Source of the DNA: Alphaproteobacteria bacterium
GTDB lineage: Bacteria; Pseudomonadota; Alphaproteobacteria; GCA-2731375
DNA length: 64,000 nucleotides
Assembly: GCA_965232515.1 (NCBI GenBank)
Contig: CBDDPY010000002.1
Location: forward strand, 6,240,001-6,304,000
Reading direction: 5' to 3'
Below the pieces are notes generated by a model. The model was not told the DNA's origin. It ran no database searches and worked only from the letters and a program-made list of their open reading frames with translations. Every line of letters starts with the position of its first letter. Positions within the stretch are counted from its first letter, which is position 1. The position numbers and the translations under genes are program-made. Positions 19,355 through 29,574 of the stretch are shown here, one piece after another.

Positions 19355-21654
19355 GTCCGAACCCAACGCCGCCGGGCGACGTAGCTCATCAACCAGGCCA
19401 ACATCAGCAGCGCGAGGCCCGTGAGCAGCATGAGGCTGGCCGGCGTCGCGGTCTGCGGGATCGCGGCGAAACGCGCGGACCGGTCCTGCAGGGCGACCGC
19501 GCCGGCATCGGCCGACGGCGCCGCCGCCAGGTTCTGTAACGCCGCAAGTTTGGGCGCGGCCGAGGCGGTCATGGCCTGGCGGAACTGCTCCTGCATGGCC
19601 TTGCGGATCTCGGGGCTGGGCGCCGGACCGCTCTCGCCGAACACCTTGTCGAATTCCCAGCCCTTCGGCAGATTCGTCGGCACCGGCCGGGTGGTGACTT
19701 CCTCGGTGTCCGGCCGGCTCGGCGTCACTTCGACCGCGACCAGGCTGGTGAGGCGGCTGACCAGATGGAAATCCAGCGCCGTTTGCAGGATCGCCACGTC
19801 GGTCTCCGCGCGATCCTCGCCTTCGAGCCAGGCGTCCTCCAGCGCCGCGATGCGGTTGCGGGCCCACAGCTTGGCGATGCCGCTGGCCGCGTTGCCGCCG
19901 TCCAGCGTCACGGTCTGCCGCCAACGGGCGTCGCCGACGCGGCCGTCGAGCACGACGCGTTCTGCGTCCGCGCTGAGCGCGACGGCGAACACCACCGGTT
20001 CGCCGGCATAGAGGTCGGGGATCGGGTCGGGCGCGATCTCGGCCGCCGCGGCGCCGGGGAAGTAGGCCCGGATGTCGGTCAGAACCGGCTTCGAGAGCTT
20101 ATCGAACAGCTCCTGCATGCGGGTCGCGACCTGATCGATCTGACCGATATGGGTGAAGGTGCCGCGGCCGTGCCGGGCCGCGCCGCGCATGAAGTGGCTG
20201 TTCGGCGCCGAGCCGATGCCGACCGTGAACAGCCGGCTGTTGCCGAGCCGCGTGCGGATCGTATCGAACAGCGCTGTTTCGTTGCCGACCGCGCCGTCGG
20301 TCATGAACACAATCTGCCGCAGGCGGCCGGTGTCGCGGCTGCCGGCAAGGGACAGTTCCAGGGCCGGCGCCATGACCGTGCCGCCGTTGCCCTCGAGCGC
20401 GGCGATGTAGGCCCGGGCCGTGCGCAGGCTGCCGGCGTCGACCGGCTGGGCGCTGCCGAACAGCGCCGAGGTCTGCGAATTGAACTGAATGATGTTGAAG
20501 CTGTCGCCGGGCCGCAGTTGGTCGAGCGCGACCTGCAGAGCTGCTTTCGCCTGGCGGATCGACTCGCCGGCCATCGAGCCCGATGTGTCGACCACGAAGA
20601 TCAGCTCGCGGGCGCCGGTCGTTGTCGGCGTTTCGCCCCCGACATCCGGCGGCATCACCATGACCAGCAGATAGCGTTTGCCGTCCACCGTCTCGCTGAA
20701 CAGGCCGGCCGCCGGCGCATCGCCGACCGCGGGCCGCCACGTCAGCTCGAAATCGCTGTCGGCCGGGACCGTGCCGTCCTTGAGGGCGATCAGGCGAACA
20801 TGACCGGTGCCGCCCGCCTCCGACTCCTCAGACACGGTCACGGCGTGATGGTGGCTCTTGACCTCGGCCAGGGGAAAGCCGGCGTCCAGGCGCACGGCCA
20901 GCTTGACGGGATTGATCGGTCCGTCCTCAGGGCGCACGACCGGTGGGGTGATGCGGGCCGCGTCCGGCACCTGGTCGGTGCCGACGGCCCAGCCGGTGCC
21001 GCCGAAGTTCGCCACCTGGACACCGCCGGGAATGAAGCGAGGTCCCACGACCATCGGAAAGCGCAGGCTGAACTGCCCGTCATCGAGAACGATCGTCTCC
21101 TGATATTGGATCTCGACCACGATGGCTTCGTCCGGCCCGATATTGGCGACCGACGCCGTGAAGATGTTCGGCCGCTCCTGCTCGAGCAGCGCGGCCTTCT
21201 TGCCCTCGGCCCGGGCCTGCTCGTAGGTCGCCTTGGCCCTCTGCTTCTCTTCTATCTTGCCCTCGATGAAGCGCTCACCGATGCGCATGCGCAGGCGGTC
21301 GACGGCGGCGCGTTCTGGCAGGGGAAATACGTAAACGCCTTCCAGCCACTGGTCGGTCGGGTTGTGAAAACGCTGCCGAACGGTGGCGCGGGCCACCATG
21401 CCGTTGATGTCGATTTCGACATCGGTTTCGAGCTCCGGCGCGGGCAGATAGAGATCGGCCTCCTCGGTCCGGAACAGCAGCCCGCCCCGCCCGACATCGT
21501 CGAGCTTGACCGGCAGCGCCGCAGGCGCGGCGGTGTTTGCCGGCGCACTTCGGGGGAAGGCCGTCATGAAAAGCGCCGCGAGCGTGACGCTCAGCAGCAG
21601 GGTCAGGCGGGCGGCGAGGCTGGAATGTTGGCGTACGGACGACGGGTTCGGCAT
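19351..21654 (-). CDS. sortase target protein with VIT and vWA domains
   Basis: Signal peptide, VIT (EGVYVFPLP), MIDAS DTSGSM, TDG, C-terminal IPQTA + TM + RRR. Confidence 0.9.
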   Translation of the reverse strand: MPNPSSVRQHSSLAARLTLLLSVTLAALFMTAFPRSAPANTAAPAALPVKLDDVGRGGLLFRTEEADLYLPAPELETDVEIDINGMVARATVRQRFHNPTDQWLEGVYVFPLPERAAVDRLRMRIGERFIEGKIEEKQRAKATYEQARAEGKKAALLEQERPNIFTASVANIGPDEAIVVEIQYQETIVLDDGQFSLRFPMVVGPRFIPGGVQVANFGGTGWAVGTDQVPDAARITPPVVRPEDGPINPVKLAVRLDAGFPLAEVKSHHHAVTVSEESEAGGTGHVRLIALKDGTVPADSDFELTWRPAVGDAPAAGLFSETVDGKRYLLVMVMPPDVGGETPTTTGARELIFVVDTSGSMAGESIRQAKAALQVALDQLRPGDSFNIIQFNSQTSALFGSAQPVDAGSLRTARAYIAALEGNGGTVMAPALELSLAGSRDTGRLRQIVFMTDGAVGNETALFDTIRTRLGNSRLFTVGIGSAPNSHFMRGAARHGRGTFTHIGQIDQVATRMQELFDKLSKPVLTDIRAYFPGAAAAEIAPDPIPDLYAGEPVVFAVALSADAERVVLDGRVGDARWRQTVTLDGGNAASGIAKLWARNRIAALEDAWLEGEDRAETDVAILQTALDFHLVSRLTSLVAVEVTPSRPDTEEVTTRPVPTNLPKGWEFDKVFGESGPAPSPEIRKAMQEQFRQAMTASAAPKLAALQNLAAAPSADAGAVALQDRSARFAAIPQTATPASLMLLTGLALLMLAWLMSYVARRRWVRT

Positions 21655-21812
21655 GGAAGTCCCCCTTCTTGTGGACGGGGGGATTGCAGCCGGCCCGTGG
21701 GGCGGCCGTTAGACCGAACGATGTCGATTAGAAGATTGTTTGTGGCAAAACAGCGGCACGACGACCGCTACCGCAAGGCGGCAATTTGCCCGTTTGACGG
21801 CTTGAAAGCGGC

Positions 21813-22094
21813 TCAGATGCGGTTCGGCACCTGGTAGCGTTCGATCACGCAACGCAGCACGTCGCCAGGCCAGCGCGGCGCCGGCGCGTCGCAGATGACA
21901 TTCTTGCTGGGCGTATCGAACGGTCCGTAAGCGATCACCTTCTGCGTCCAGTGCGATACGCCGAACGCGTTTCCGGTCGCCATCGCGACAAGGATCCAGG
22001 CCACCAACAGGCCGGACAGCACGAGCTTGAACAGGAAATCATCGGAACCGGTCGCGTCGACGGGCGATTTCGGAAGGTAGCGGGAGTTCAGCAC
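21813..22094 (-). CDS. small single-TM hypothetical protein
   Basis: aaaggggg RBS before GTG; hydrophobic helix; two Cys in the C-terminal part. Confidence 0.55.
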   Translation of the reverse strand: MLNSRYLPKSPVDATGSDDFLFKLVLSGLLVAWILVAMATGNAFGVSHWTQKVIAYGPFDTPSKNVICDAPAPRWPGDVLRCVIERYQVPNRI

Positions 22095-22221
22095 GATTGG
22101 CCCCCTTTACTCACGACATGCAATAACCGTTCACCATACGTGGGTAATCGCTAGCACGGTTCCAATATGACGGCCTGAGATAATTCGGCGGTCGCTCTGT
22201 GACAAAAATGGGACAGAATCG

Positions 22222-22836
22222 TCAGCCGAACGCCGACTGCGTGATCAAGATATGGTCCGGTTGATCGGCCACGCGGTCGATCCAGGCCCGGATGGCCGGA
22301 TAGGCGGCGAGATCGAAGCCCCCTTCCTCGGCGACATGGGTATAGGCATAGAGCGAGATATCGGCGATCGAATAGCGGCCGCCGACGAAGAAATCGCCCT
22401 TCTCCAGGTGCTTGTCCATGACGCCGAGCGCGTGGTCGCCTTTCGGCTTGAGCTCCGCCATTCGTTCGGCGCGATCCGGTCTGTCGGGCGGGTGCTTGGT
22501 CCAGAAACGCGCCACGCCGAGATAAGGCTCCAGGCTGTACTGCTCGAAGCACATCCACTGCATGACCAGCGCCTGCTCGAACGGATCTTCCGGAAAGTAC
22601 GGCGTGTTCTGCGCAAAGAAGTAGAGGATGGCGTTGGATTCCGACAGCGTCCGGCCGTCGTCGAAGACCAGCACCGGGATCTTGCCGTTGGGATTGATGG
22701 CCAGGAAGTCGGGCGTCCGGGTCTGGCCCTCGTGGACATGGAGCTCGCGGTATTGAAAGGGGATACCGAGCTGCGTCAGCAATAGCCGTATTTTGTAGCC
22801 GTTGCCGGATGCCAGATCGTCGTAAAGGGTCAGCAT
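22222..22836 (-). CDS. glutathione S-transferase
   Basis: SGNGYK, NPNGKIPVL, ESNAIL, SIADI.LY. Confidence 0.93.
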   Translation of the reverse strand: MLTLYDDLASGNGYKIRLLLTQLGIPFQYRELHVHEGQTRTPDFLAINPNGKIPVLVFDDGRTLSESNAILYFFAQNTPYFPEDPFEQALVMQWMCFEQYSLEPYLGVARFWTKHPPDRPDRAERMAELKPKGDHALGVMDKHLEKGDFFVGGRYSIADISLYAYTHVAEEGGFDLAAYPAIRAWIDRVADQPDHILITQSAFG

Positions 22837-22964
22837 CGCCGGTTCTCCTGGTGGCGTCTCGACAGGACCGTTGGATAACGTGACCCGCCGACGGCGACAA
22901 ACCGGTTTTGCTTATGCTCGGATAAGAACGGCTCATGAGATGGGGGCGGAATGGAGTGGGAACC

Positions 22965-23909
22965 ATGTCGGAGATGACGCGCAACATTGGTTTTATCGGA
23001 CTGGGCGCCATGGGGGCCGGCATGGCGCGAAACCTGGTGCGCCGTCAATTCGAGGTGCGTGGCTTCGACGTCAGCCCGGCGGCGCTGACGCAGCTCGAAG
23101 CGGACGGCGGCGCCGCGACGACGAGTCCGGCCGAGGCCGCAGCCGGCGCCGACCTGCTGATGCTGGTGGTGGCGACGGCCGCCCAGATCGAAGCAGTGCT
23201 GTTCAGCGAGGATGGCGCGATCGCGCACTTGCCGGCCGGCGCCACCGTATCCGTGCATAGCACTGTGCCGCCCGATTTCGTTCGCGAGCTCGCGGATCGT
23301 CTGGCAGATAGCAGCCATTTCCTGCTCGATGCGCCGATCAGCGGTGGTGCCGCCCGGGCCGGCAGCGGCGAGCTGACGGTCATGGCATCCGGCAGTGCCG
23401 AAGCCTTCGCGGCCGCGGATCCGGCACTCGAGGCGGTTTCGGCGCAGGTCTACCGCTTGGGCACGGCGCCCGGACTGGGCTCGACCGTCAAGATGATCAA
23501 TCAACATCTGGCCGGCGTGCACATCGCCGCCGCGGCCGAAGCGGTTGCGCTGGGCACAAGGGCAGGCGCCGACCCGCGCGTACTGTACGAGATCATCGCC
23601 AACAGCGCCGGTAGCTCCTGGATGTTCGTCAACCGGGTGCCGCATATGCTCGACGACGACTTCACGCCGCTGAGCGCGGTAGACATCTTCGTCAAGGACC
23701 TCGGCATCGTGCTGGACAGCGGCCGTGGCCTGCGCTTTCCGTTGCCGCTGGCGGCCGCCGCCCACCAGCAGTTCCTGGCTGCCGCCGCGGCCGGCCATGG
23801 ACGCCTGGACGATGCGGCCGTCGTGAAGGTCTACGAGCAGCTTGCTGGGATTTCGGTGGCAGGGACAGCGGGCGGCGATGAGCCTGTCAACACGCCCAAA
23901 TCGGACTAA
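22965..23909 (+). CDS. ltnD: L-threonate dehydrogenase (beta-hydroxyacid dehydrogenase family)
   Basis: GFIGLGAMG, DAPISGG, KMINQHLAGVH, SAVDIFVKDL; context with otnK/otnC. Confidence 0.82.
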   Translation: MSEMTRNIGFIGLGAMGAGMARNLVRRQFEVRGFDVSPAALTQLEADGGAATTSPAEAAAGADLLMLVVATAAQIEAVLFSEDGAIAHLPAGATVSVHSTVPPDFVRELADRLADSSHFLLDAPISGGAARAGSGELTVMASGSAEAFAAADPALEAVSAQVYRLGTAPGLGSTVKMINQHLAGVHIAAAAEAVALGTRAGADPRVLYEIIANSAGSSWMFVNRVPHMLDDDFTPLSAVDIFVKDLGIVLDSGRGLRFPLPLAAAAHQQFLAAAAAGHGRLDDAAVVKVYEQLAGISVAGTAGGDEPVNTPKSD

Positions 23910-23948
23910 ACTGCGCCACATCCGAATGGGCGTGAACGGGAGCCATTC

Positions 23949-25217
23949 ATGAGTCTGCTGCTCGGCTGCGTGGCCGACGATTTCACCGGCGCCACCGATC
24001 TGGCGAACACGCTGGTGCGCCAGGGCATGCGTACCGTGCAGCTGTTCGATGCGCCAACGGCCGATACGGCCGTTCCCGACGCCGACGCGATCGTCGTGGC
24101 CCTGAAATCCCGAACGATCGCGCCGGAAGAAGCAATTGCCCAATCGCTGGCGGCACTCGACTGGCTGCAGCGCGCGGGCGCGCGGCAATTCTTCTTCAAG
24201 TACTGCTCGACCTTCGATTCGACGCCGGAGGGCAATATCGGCCCGGTCGCCGAAGCTATGCTGGAGGCGCTGGACGCGGATTTCACGATCCATTGTCCGG
24301 CCTTTCCCGAGAACGGCCGGACGATCTGTTACGGCTATCTGTTCGTCGGAGACGTGTTGTTGTCGGAATCGGGCATGCGCGACCATCCGCTGACGCCGAT
24401 GACCGATCCCAGCCTGGTTCGGGTGCTGGCGGCGCAGTCGGAACACGATGTGGGCCTGGTGCCCTACACGATTGTCGAACGGGGGGCGGCTGCCATTCGC
24501 GATGCCTGCGACCGCCTGAAGCAGGCGGGCAAGCGGCACGCCATCGTCGACGCCCTGAGCGATGCCCATCTGTTCGACATCGGCGCCGCGGCGTCCGAGC
24601 TGGCGCTGATCAGCGGCGGTTCCGGCGTCGCCATGGGGTTGCCCGAGAACTTCCGACGCGCCGGTCTGCTGACCGTGGGGCAGGCGGCCGATGCCCTGCC
24701 GCCGGTCGACGGCTTCGCCGCCGTGCTGTCGGGAAGCTGCAGTCAGGCGACGCAGGCCCAGGTGGCCGAGATGCGAGCGACGCGTCCGTCGTTTCGCATC
24801 GATCCGACGCGCCTCGCCGCGGGCGACGATCTGGCCGTCGAGGCGCTGGACTGGGCGAGGCCGCAATTGGCCGATGGGCCGGTGCTGGTCTACGCGACCG
24901 CGCCGCCGGACGAGGTCGCGAAGACGCAAGCCCAGCTCGGGCGCGAGGCGGCTGGCGAGCTGGTCGAAGGCACCATGGCCAAGATCGCCCGCGGCCTGGT
25001 GGACGCCGGCGTGCGACGGCTGGTCGTCGCCGGCGGCGAGACCTCTGGCGCGGTGGTGCAGGGCCTCGGCATTGCCGGCATCCGCATCGGTCCGCAGATC
25101 GATCCCGGCGTGCCCTGGACATTGAGCGTTGGCGACCCGCCGCTGGCCTTGGCCCTGAAATCGGGCAATTTCGGCACCACGGACTTCTTCCTTAAAGCCT
25201 TCGAGCGACTGGCATGA
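23949..25217 (+). CDS. otnK: 3-oxo-tetronate kinase
   Basis: GCVADDFTGATD, KYCSTFDST..GNIG, GGETSG, LKSGNFG. Confidence 0.9.
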   Translation: MSLLLGCVADDFTGATDLANTLVRQGMRTVQLFDAPTADTAVPDADAIVVALKSRTIAPEEAIAQSLAALDWLQRAGARQFFFKYCSTFDSTPEGNIGPVAEAMLEALDADFTIHCPAFPENGRTICYGYLFVGDVLLSESGMRDHPLTPMTDPSLVRVLAAQSEHDVGLVPYTIVERGAAAIRDACDRLKQAGKRHAIVDALSDAHLFDIGAAASELALISGGSGVAMGLPENFRRAGLLTVGQAADALPPVDGFAAVLSGSCSQATQAQVAEMRATRPSFRIDPTRLAAGDDLAVEALDWARPQLADGPVLVYATAPPDEVAKTQAQLGREAAGELVEGTMAKIARGLVDAGVRRLVVAGGETSGAVVQGLGIAGIRIGPQIDPGVPWTLSVGDPPLALALKSGNFGTTDFFLKAFERLA

Positions 25218-25849
25218 CCGAGACCATCTTGCGAGAGCAGATCTGCGCCTTTGGCAAGTCGATGTTCGATCGCGGCCTGACCCACGGCGCCACGGGCAAC
25301 ATCAGCGTGCGGTTGGAGGACGGCTGGCTGATGACGCCGACCGGCTCGCGGCTCGGCGCCCTCGACCCGGCCCGGCTGTCGCGCCTCGACGCCCAGGGCA
25401 ACCATACCGACGGCGACAAGCCGACCAAGGAATCCTTTCTGCACCTGGCGGTCTATGAGGAACGACCGCATGCGCAAGCCGTCGTGCATCTGCATTCGAC
25501 GCACTCCGTGGCGGTTTCCTGTCTCGCCGATATCGACGCCGACGATGTGCTGCCGCCGATCACCGCCTATTACGTCATGCGCGTCGGCCGTTTGCCGTTG
25601 GTGCCGTTCTATCCGCCGGGCGATCCGGCGCTGGCCGACGCGGTGCGAGGGCTCGCCGGCGCGCATCAAGCGGTTCTGCTGGCAAACCACGGCCCGGTCG
25701 TCGCCGGCAGCTCGTTGGCCGCAGCCGTCGACGCGACCGAGGAGCTGGAGGAGACGGCCAAGCTCCACCTGCTGCTGCAGGGACACCGCACCCGGCCGCT
25801 GACCCCTGAACAGGTCGCCGAGTTGCGCCGGGCCTTTCCGCAGGCCTGA
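25214..25849 (+). CDS. otnC: 3-oxo-tetronate 4-phosphate decarboxylase (class II aldolase)
   Basis: GNISVR, PTKE..LH, VHLHSTH, LLANHG. Confidence 0.88.
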   Translation: MTETILREQICAFGKSMFDRGLTHGATGNISVRLEDGWLMTPTGSRLGALDPARLSRLDAQGNHTDGDKPTKESFLHLAVYEERPHAQAVVHLHSTHSVAVSCLADIDADDVLPPITAYYVMRVGRLPLVPFYPPGDPALADAVRGLAGAHQAVLLANHGPVVAGSSLAAAVDATEELEETAKLHLLLQGHRTRPLTPEQVAELRRAFPQA

Positions 25850-25857
25850 CGAACGCC

Positions 25858-26844
25858 TCAGAGCGCCGCGACGTCGACGATCACGTTGCCCATCGAGCCG
25901 GATTCGACCGTCTGATGCGCGGTCGCGATCTGGTCCAGCGGAAAGTGCGGGCCGATATGGTGCCTGAGGTCGCCGGCGGCCGACCAGCGCGCGATGTCGG
26001 CGATGGCATCGGCCTTCGCCGCCTCAGGCATGTTGAAGACCAGCACGTGGCGGACCGTGATGTTCTTATAGACCAGCTCATAGAACGGCACCGCCGGCTC
26101 GCGCGCCGCGTCTGACGCATAGGCGGCGATGACACCGTTCACCTTCAGGGCGGCGATGCTGGTCTTCAGATTGCCGCCGAACTCGACCTCGACGATCCGG
26201 TCGACCCCGGCGCCGTCTGTCAGGTCCATGATCCGCGCGGTCACGTCCTCGTCGCGATAGTTGATGGTATGCGCGGCGCCAAAGTTCCGCGCCAACTCGG
26301 CCTTCTCGTCGTTGCTCACGGTCGAGATCACGGTGGCGCCCGCCAGCTTTGCGAACTGCACGGCATAGCTGCCGACCGAACCGGCCCCGCCGGTCACCAG
26401 CACGGTCTGGCCGCTGACCCGGCCGTCGGCGAAGACGCTGCGATGCGCGGTCAGTGCCGGGATGCCCATGCAGGCGCCGGCGGCGAAATCCATGTTGGCC
26501 GGCAACGGCACGGCTCGTTCAGCCGGTATCGTCGTGAATTCGGCAGCGCTGCCCCGCGCCTGACCCCAGTTCGCCTCGTAGATCCAGACCCGCTCCCCGA
26601 CCCGGGTCGCGGGCACGCCGTCGCCGACGGCGGTGATTATGCCGGCGCCGTCGAAGTGCGGCACAACCCGCGCCGCCGGCATGTCGCCACGACCGCCGCC
26701 GCGCCGTTTCACGTCGACAGGGTTCACGCCCGACGCGGCAACCCGCACCTGGACTTGGCCGGCCGCCGGTTCCGGCACATCGAGCTGGCCGGTCTTCAGG
26801 ACTTCCGAGGCGGGTCCGAAACCCTCGTACCATGCCGCCTGCAT
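25858..26844 (-). CDS. NADPH:quinone reductase (zeta-crystallin family)
   Basis: SGVNPVD, PHFDGAG, TGGAGSVG. Confidence 0.9.
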   Translation of the reverse strand: MQAAWYEGFGPASEVLKTGQLDVPEPAAGQVQVRVAASGVNPVDVKRRGGGRGDMPAARVVPHFDGAGIITAVGDGVPATRVGERVWIYEANWGQARGSAAEFTTIPAERAVPLPANMDFAAGACMGIPALTAHRSVFADGRVSGQTVLVTGGAGSVGSYAVQFAKLAGATVISTVSNDEKAELARNFGAAHTINYRDEDVTARIMDLTDGAGVDRIVEVEFGGNLKTSIAALKVNGVIAAYASDAAREPAVPFYELVYKNITVRHVLVFNMPEAAKADAIADIARWSAAGDLRHHIGPHFPLDQIATAHQTVESGSMGNVIVDVAAL

Positions 26845-26906
26845 ATCGTCGTCTCCCTGTCTGCTTGTCGATCGTGACGCTACTGCTTTTTGCGGCGCCC
26901 GTTAAG

Positions 26907-26944
26907 CGACAGGGCCGGACCGCGGTTGCGGTCCGGCCCTGTCG
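26907..26944. terminator. perfect 17-bp hairpin (terminator or stabiliser)
   Basis: cgacagggccggaccgc-ggtt-gcggtccggccctgtcg, just downstream of the small minus-strand ORF; no clear U-tract. Confidence 0.6.
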
Positions 26945-26968
26945 GCTTCAGGCTCGATGGCGGCGAGC

Positions 26969-27166
26969 TTAATGCTGTGCGACGGTCTCGTGTTTGCTGC
27001 CAAACAGTCCGCGGACCTTCGCCACAAGCCCGTTGGTCAACCGTCCGATTTCGCGCGATTGTTCGCGCCGGCCTTGCGCCATCATCTCGTGCACATCCAG
27101 CTCGGAGATGTCGCCCAGCTCGCTATAGCCGGCGTACTTCGCCATGAATTTGTGCCCCTGATACAT
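26969..27166 (-). CDS. small protein (65 aa) divergent from the GcvA-like regulator
   Basis: Strong RBS gaggag before ATG 27166; downstream hairpin. Confidence 0.7.
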   Translation of the reverse strand: MYQGHKFMAKYAGYSELGDISELDVHEMMAQGRREQSREIGRLTNGLVAKVRGLFGSKHETVAQH

Positions 27167-27325
27167 CCTGATACTCCTCAATGTGCATCAACTTCGTGTT
27201 AGCTTTTCTCGTCTCTCGCGAGCCTCGGGCGTTTCCGTCGCTGTTCGGCGCTGATTGCTGTGTTGTTGGAGTGTTATTTGGGCGCCGGCGGTTGATCCGA
27301 CAAACGACTAATTCTATATGTCGTG

Positions 27326-27338
27326 TTAGATAAACTAA
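27326..27338. promoter_or_regulatory. LysR recognition box (T-N11-A)
   Basis: TTAGataaaCTAA palindrome in an AT-rich divergent promoter. Confidence 0.65.
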
Positions 27339-27376
27339 TTTGTCTTAACCTCTCGTAAAGGCGCGAGAATTTTTCC

Positions 27377-28321
27377 ATGACCCGCAGCCTTCCGCCCCTG
27401 AACGCGATCCGCGCCTTCGAGGCCGCCGCCCGTCATCTGAGCTTCAGCAAGGCGGCCGAGGAGCTTCATGTGACGCCGGCCGCGATCAGCCAGCAGATCA
27501 AGTCGCTGGAGCAACATCTGGGCGCGCCACTGTTCCACCGCCTCAACCGGGCGCTGACGCTCACCGAGGCCGGTAGTTCGCTGCTGCCGGGGGCCTCCGA
27601 CGGCTTGGATATCCTGGCCGTCTCCTGGCGCCGCGTGCGGCAGCAGGAGGCCGGCAGCCTCGACGTCAACACCTCGCCCGGCTTCGCGGCGAAATGGCTG
27701 ATCCCGCGCCTCGACCGCTTCCACACCATTCATCCCGACGTCGAGGTCCGTATCACGGCCAGCATGGAGCTGGTCGATTTCGACCGCGACGAGGTCGATG
27801 TCGGCATCCGGTTCGGCGCCGGCGGCTATGAGGGTTTGGAGGAAGAGCTGCTGATGGCCGAGGAAGTGATCCCGGTCTGCAGCCCGAAGCTGCTGGAGGG
27901 CGAGCATCCGCTGCGCACGCCGGAGGACCTGAAATACCACCAGTTCCTGCACGACGGCTCGCACCGGCCGGGCGTGATGACGCCGGACTGGCACATGTGG
28001 CTGGCGGCGATGGGTATCGAGGGCATCGAGGCGAACTACGGCATGACCTTCACGCCGTGGACGATGGTGATGCAGGCGGCGATCGAGGGGCAGGGCGTCG
28101 CGCTGGGCCGGCAAACACTGTGCGCCGCCGATCTGGAAGCCGGGCGGCTGGTGAACCCGTTCGACCTCAGCCTGCCGATCAGCTTCGCTCACCGGCTGGT
28201 CTATCTGCCGGGCGCGTTGGCGCGTCCGAAGGTCAAGGCGTTTCGCGACTGGATCGTCGACGAAACGGCGGAGATGCGCGAGGCCCTGAGATCGCTTGCG
28301 CCGGTTCAGGCCGCGGTCTAG
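27377..28321 (+). CDS. GcvA-like LysR regulator
   Basis: LPPLNAIRAFEAAARHLSF.KAAEELHVT, WLIPRL..F, GQGVAL. Confidence 0.9.
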   Translation: MTRSLPPLNAIRAFEAAARHLSFSKAAEELHVTPAAISQQIKSLEQHLGAPLFHRLNRALTLTEAGSSLLPGASDGLDILAVSWRRVRQQEAGSLDVNTSPGFAAKWLIPRLDRFHTIHPDVEVRITASMELVDFDRDEVDVGIRFGAGGYEGLEEELLMAEEVIPVCSPKLLEGEHPLRTPEDLKYHQFLHDGSHRPGVMTPDWHMWLAAMGIEGIEANYGMTFTPWTMVMQAAIEGQGVALGRQTLCAADLEAGRLVNPFDLSLPISFAHRLVYLPGALARPKVKAFRDWIVDETAEMREALRSLAPVQAAV

Positions 28322-28355
28322 TTTTCCGCCGAGCCGAAAACCAAAAAGCGGGTGA

Positions 28356-29564
<1,209 letters not shown>

Positions 29565-29574
29565 GGCCGGACCC

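Noticed and set aside
19355-19924. Long N-terminal extension of the sortase ORF, or a frameshift fusion with its target
   Set aside because: Alternate frame inside the target gene; a GTGA start/stop overlap at 19351-19354 explains both genes
22830-24929. 699-aa antisense ORF and similar long ones (9254-11392, 19765-21837, 44846-47755, 47484-49898)
   Set aside because: Shadow ORFs opposite well-supported genes, expected in high-GC DNA, with no recognisable motifs
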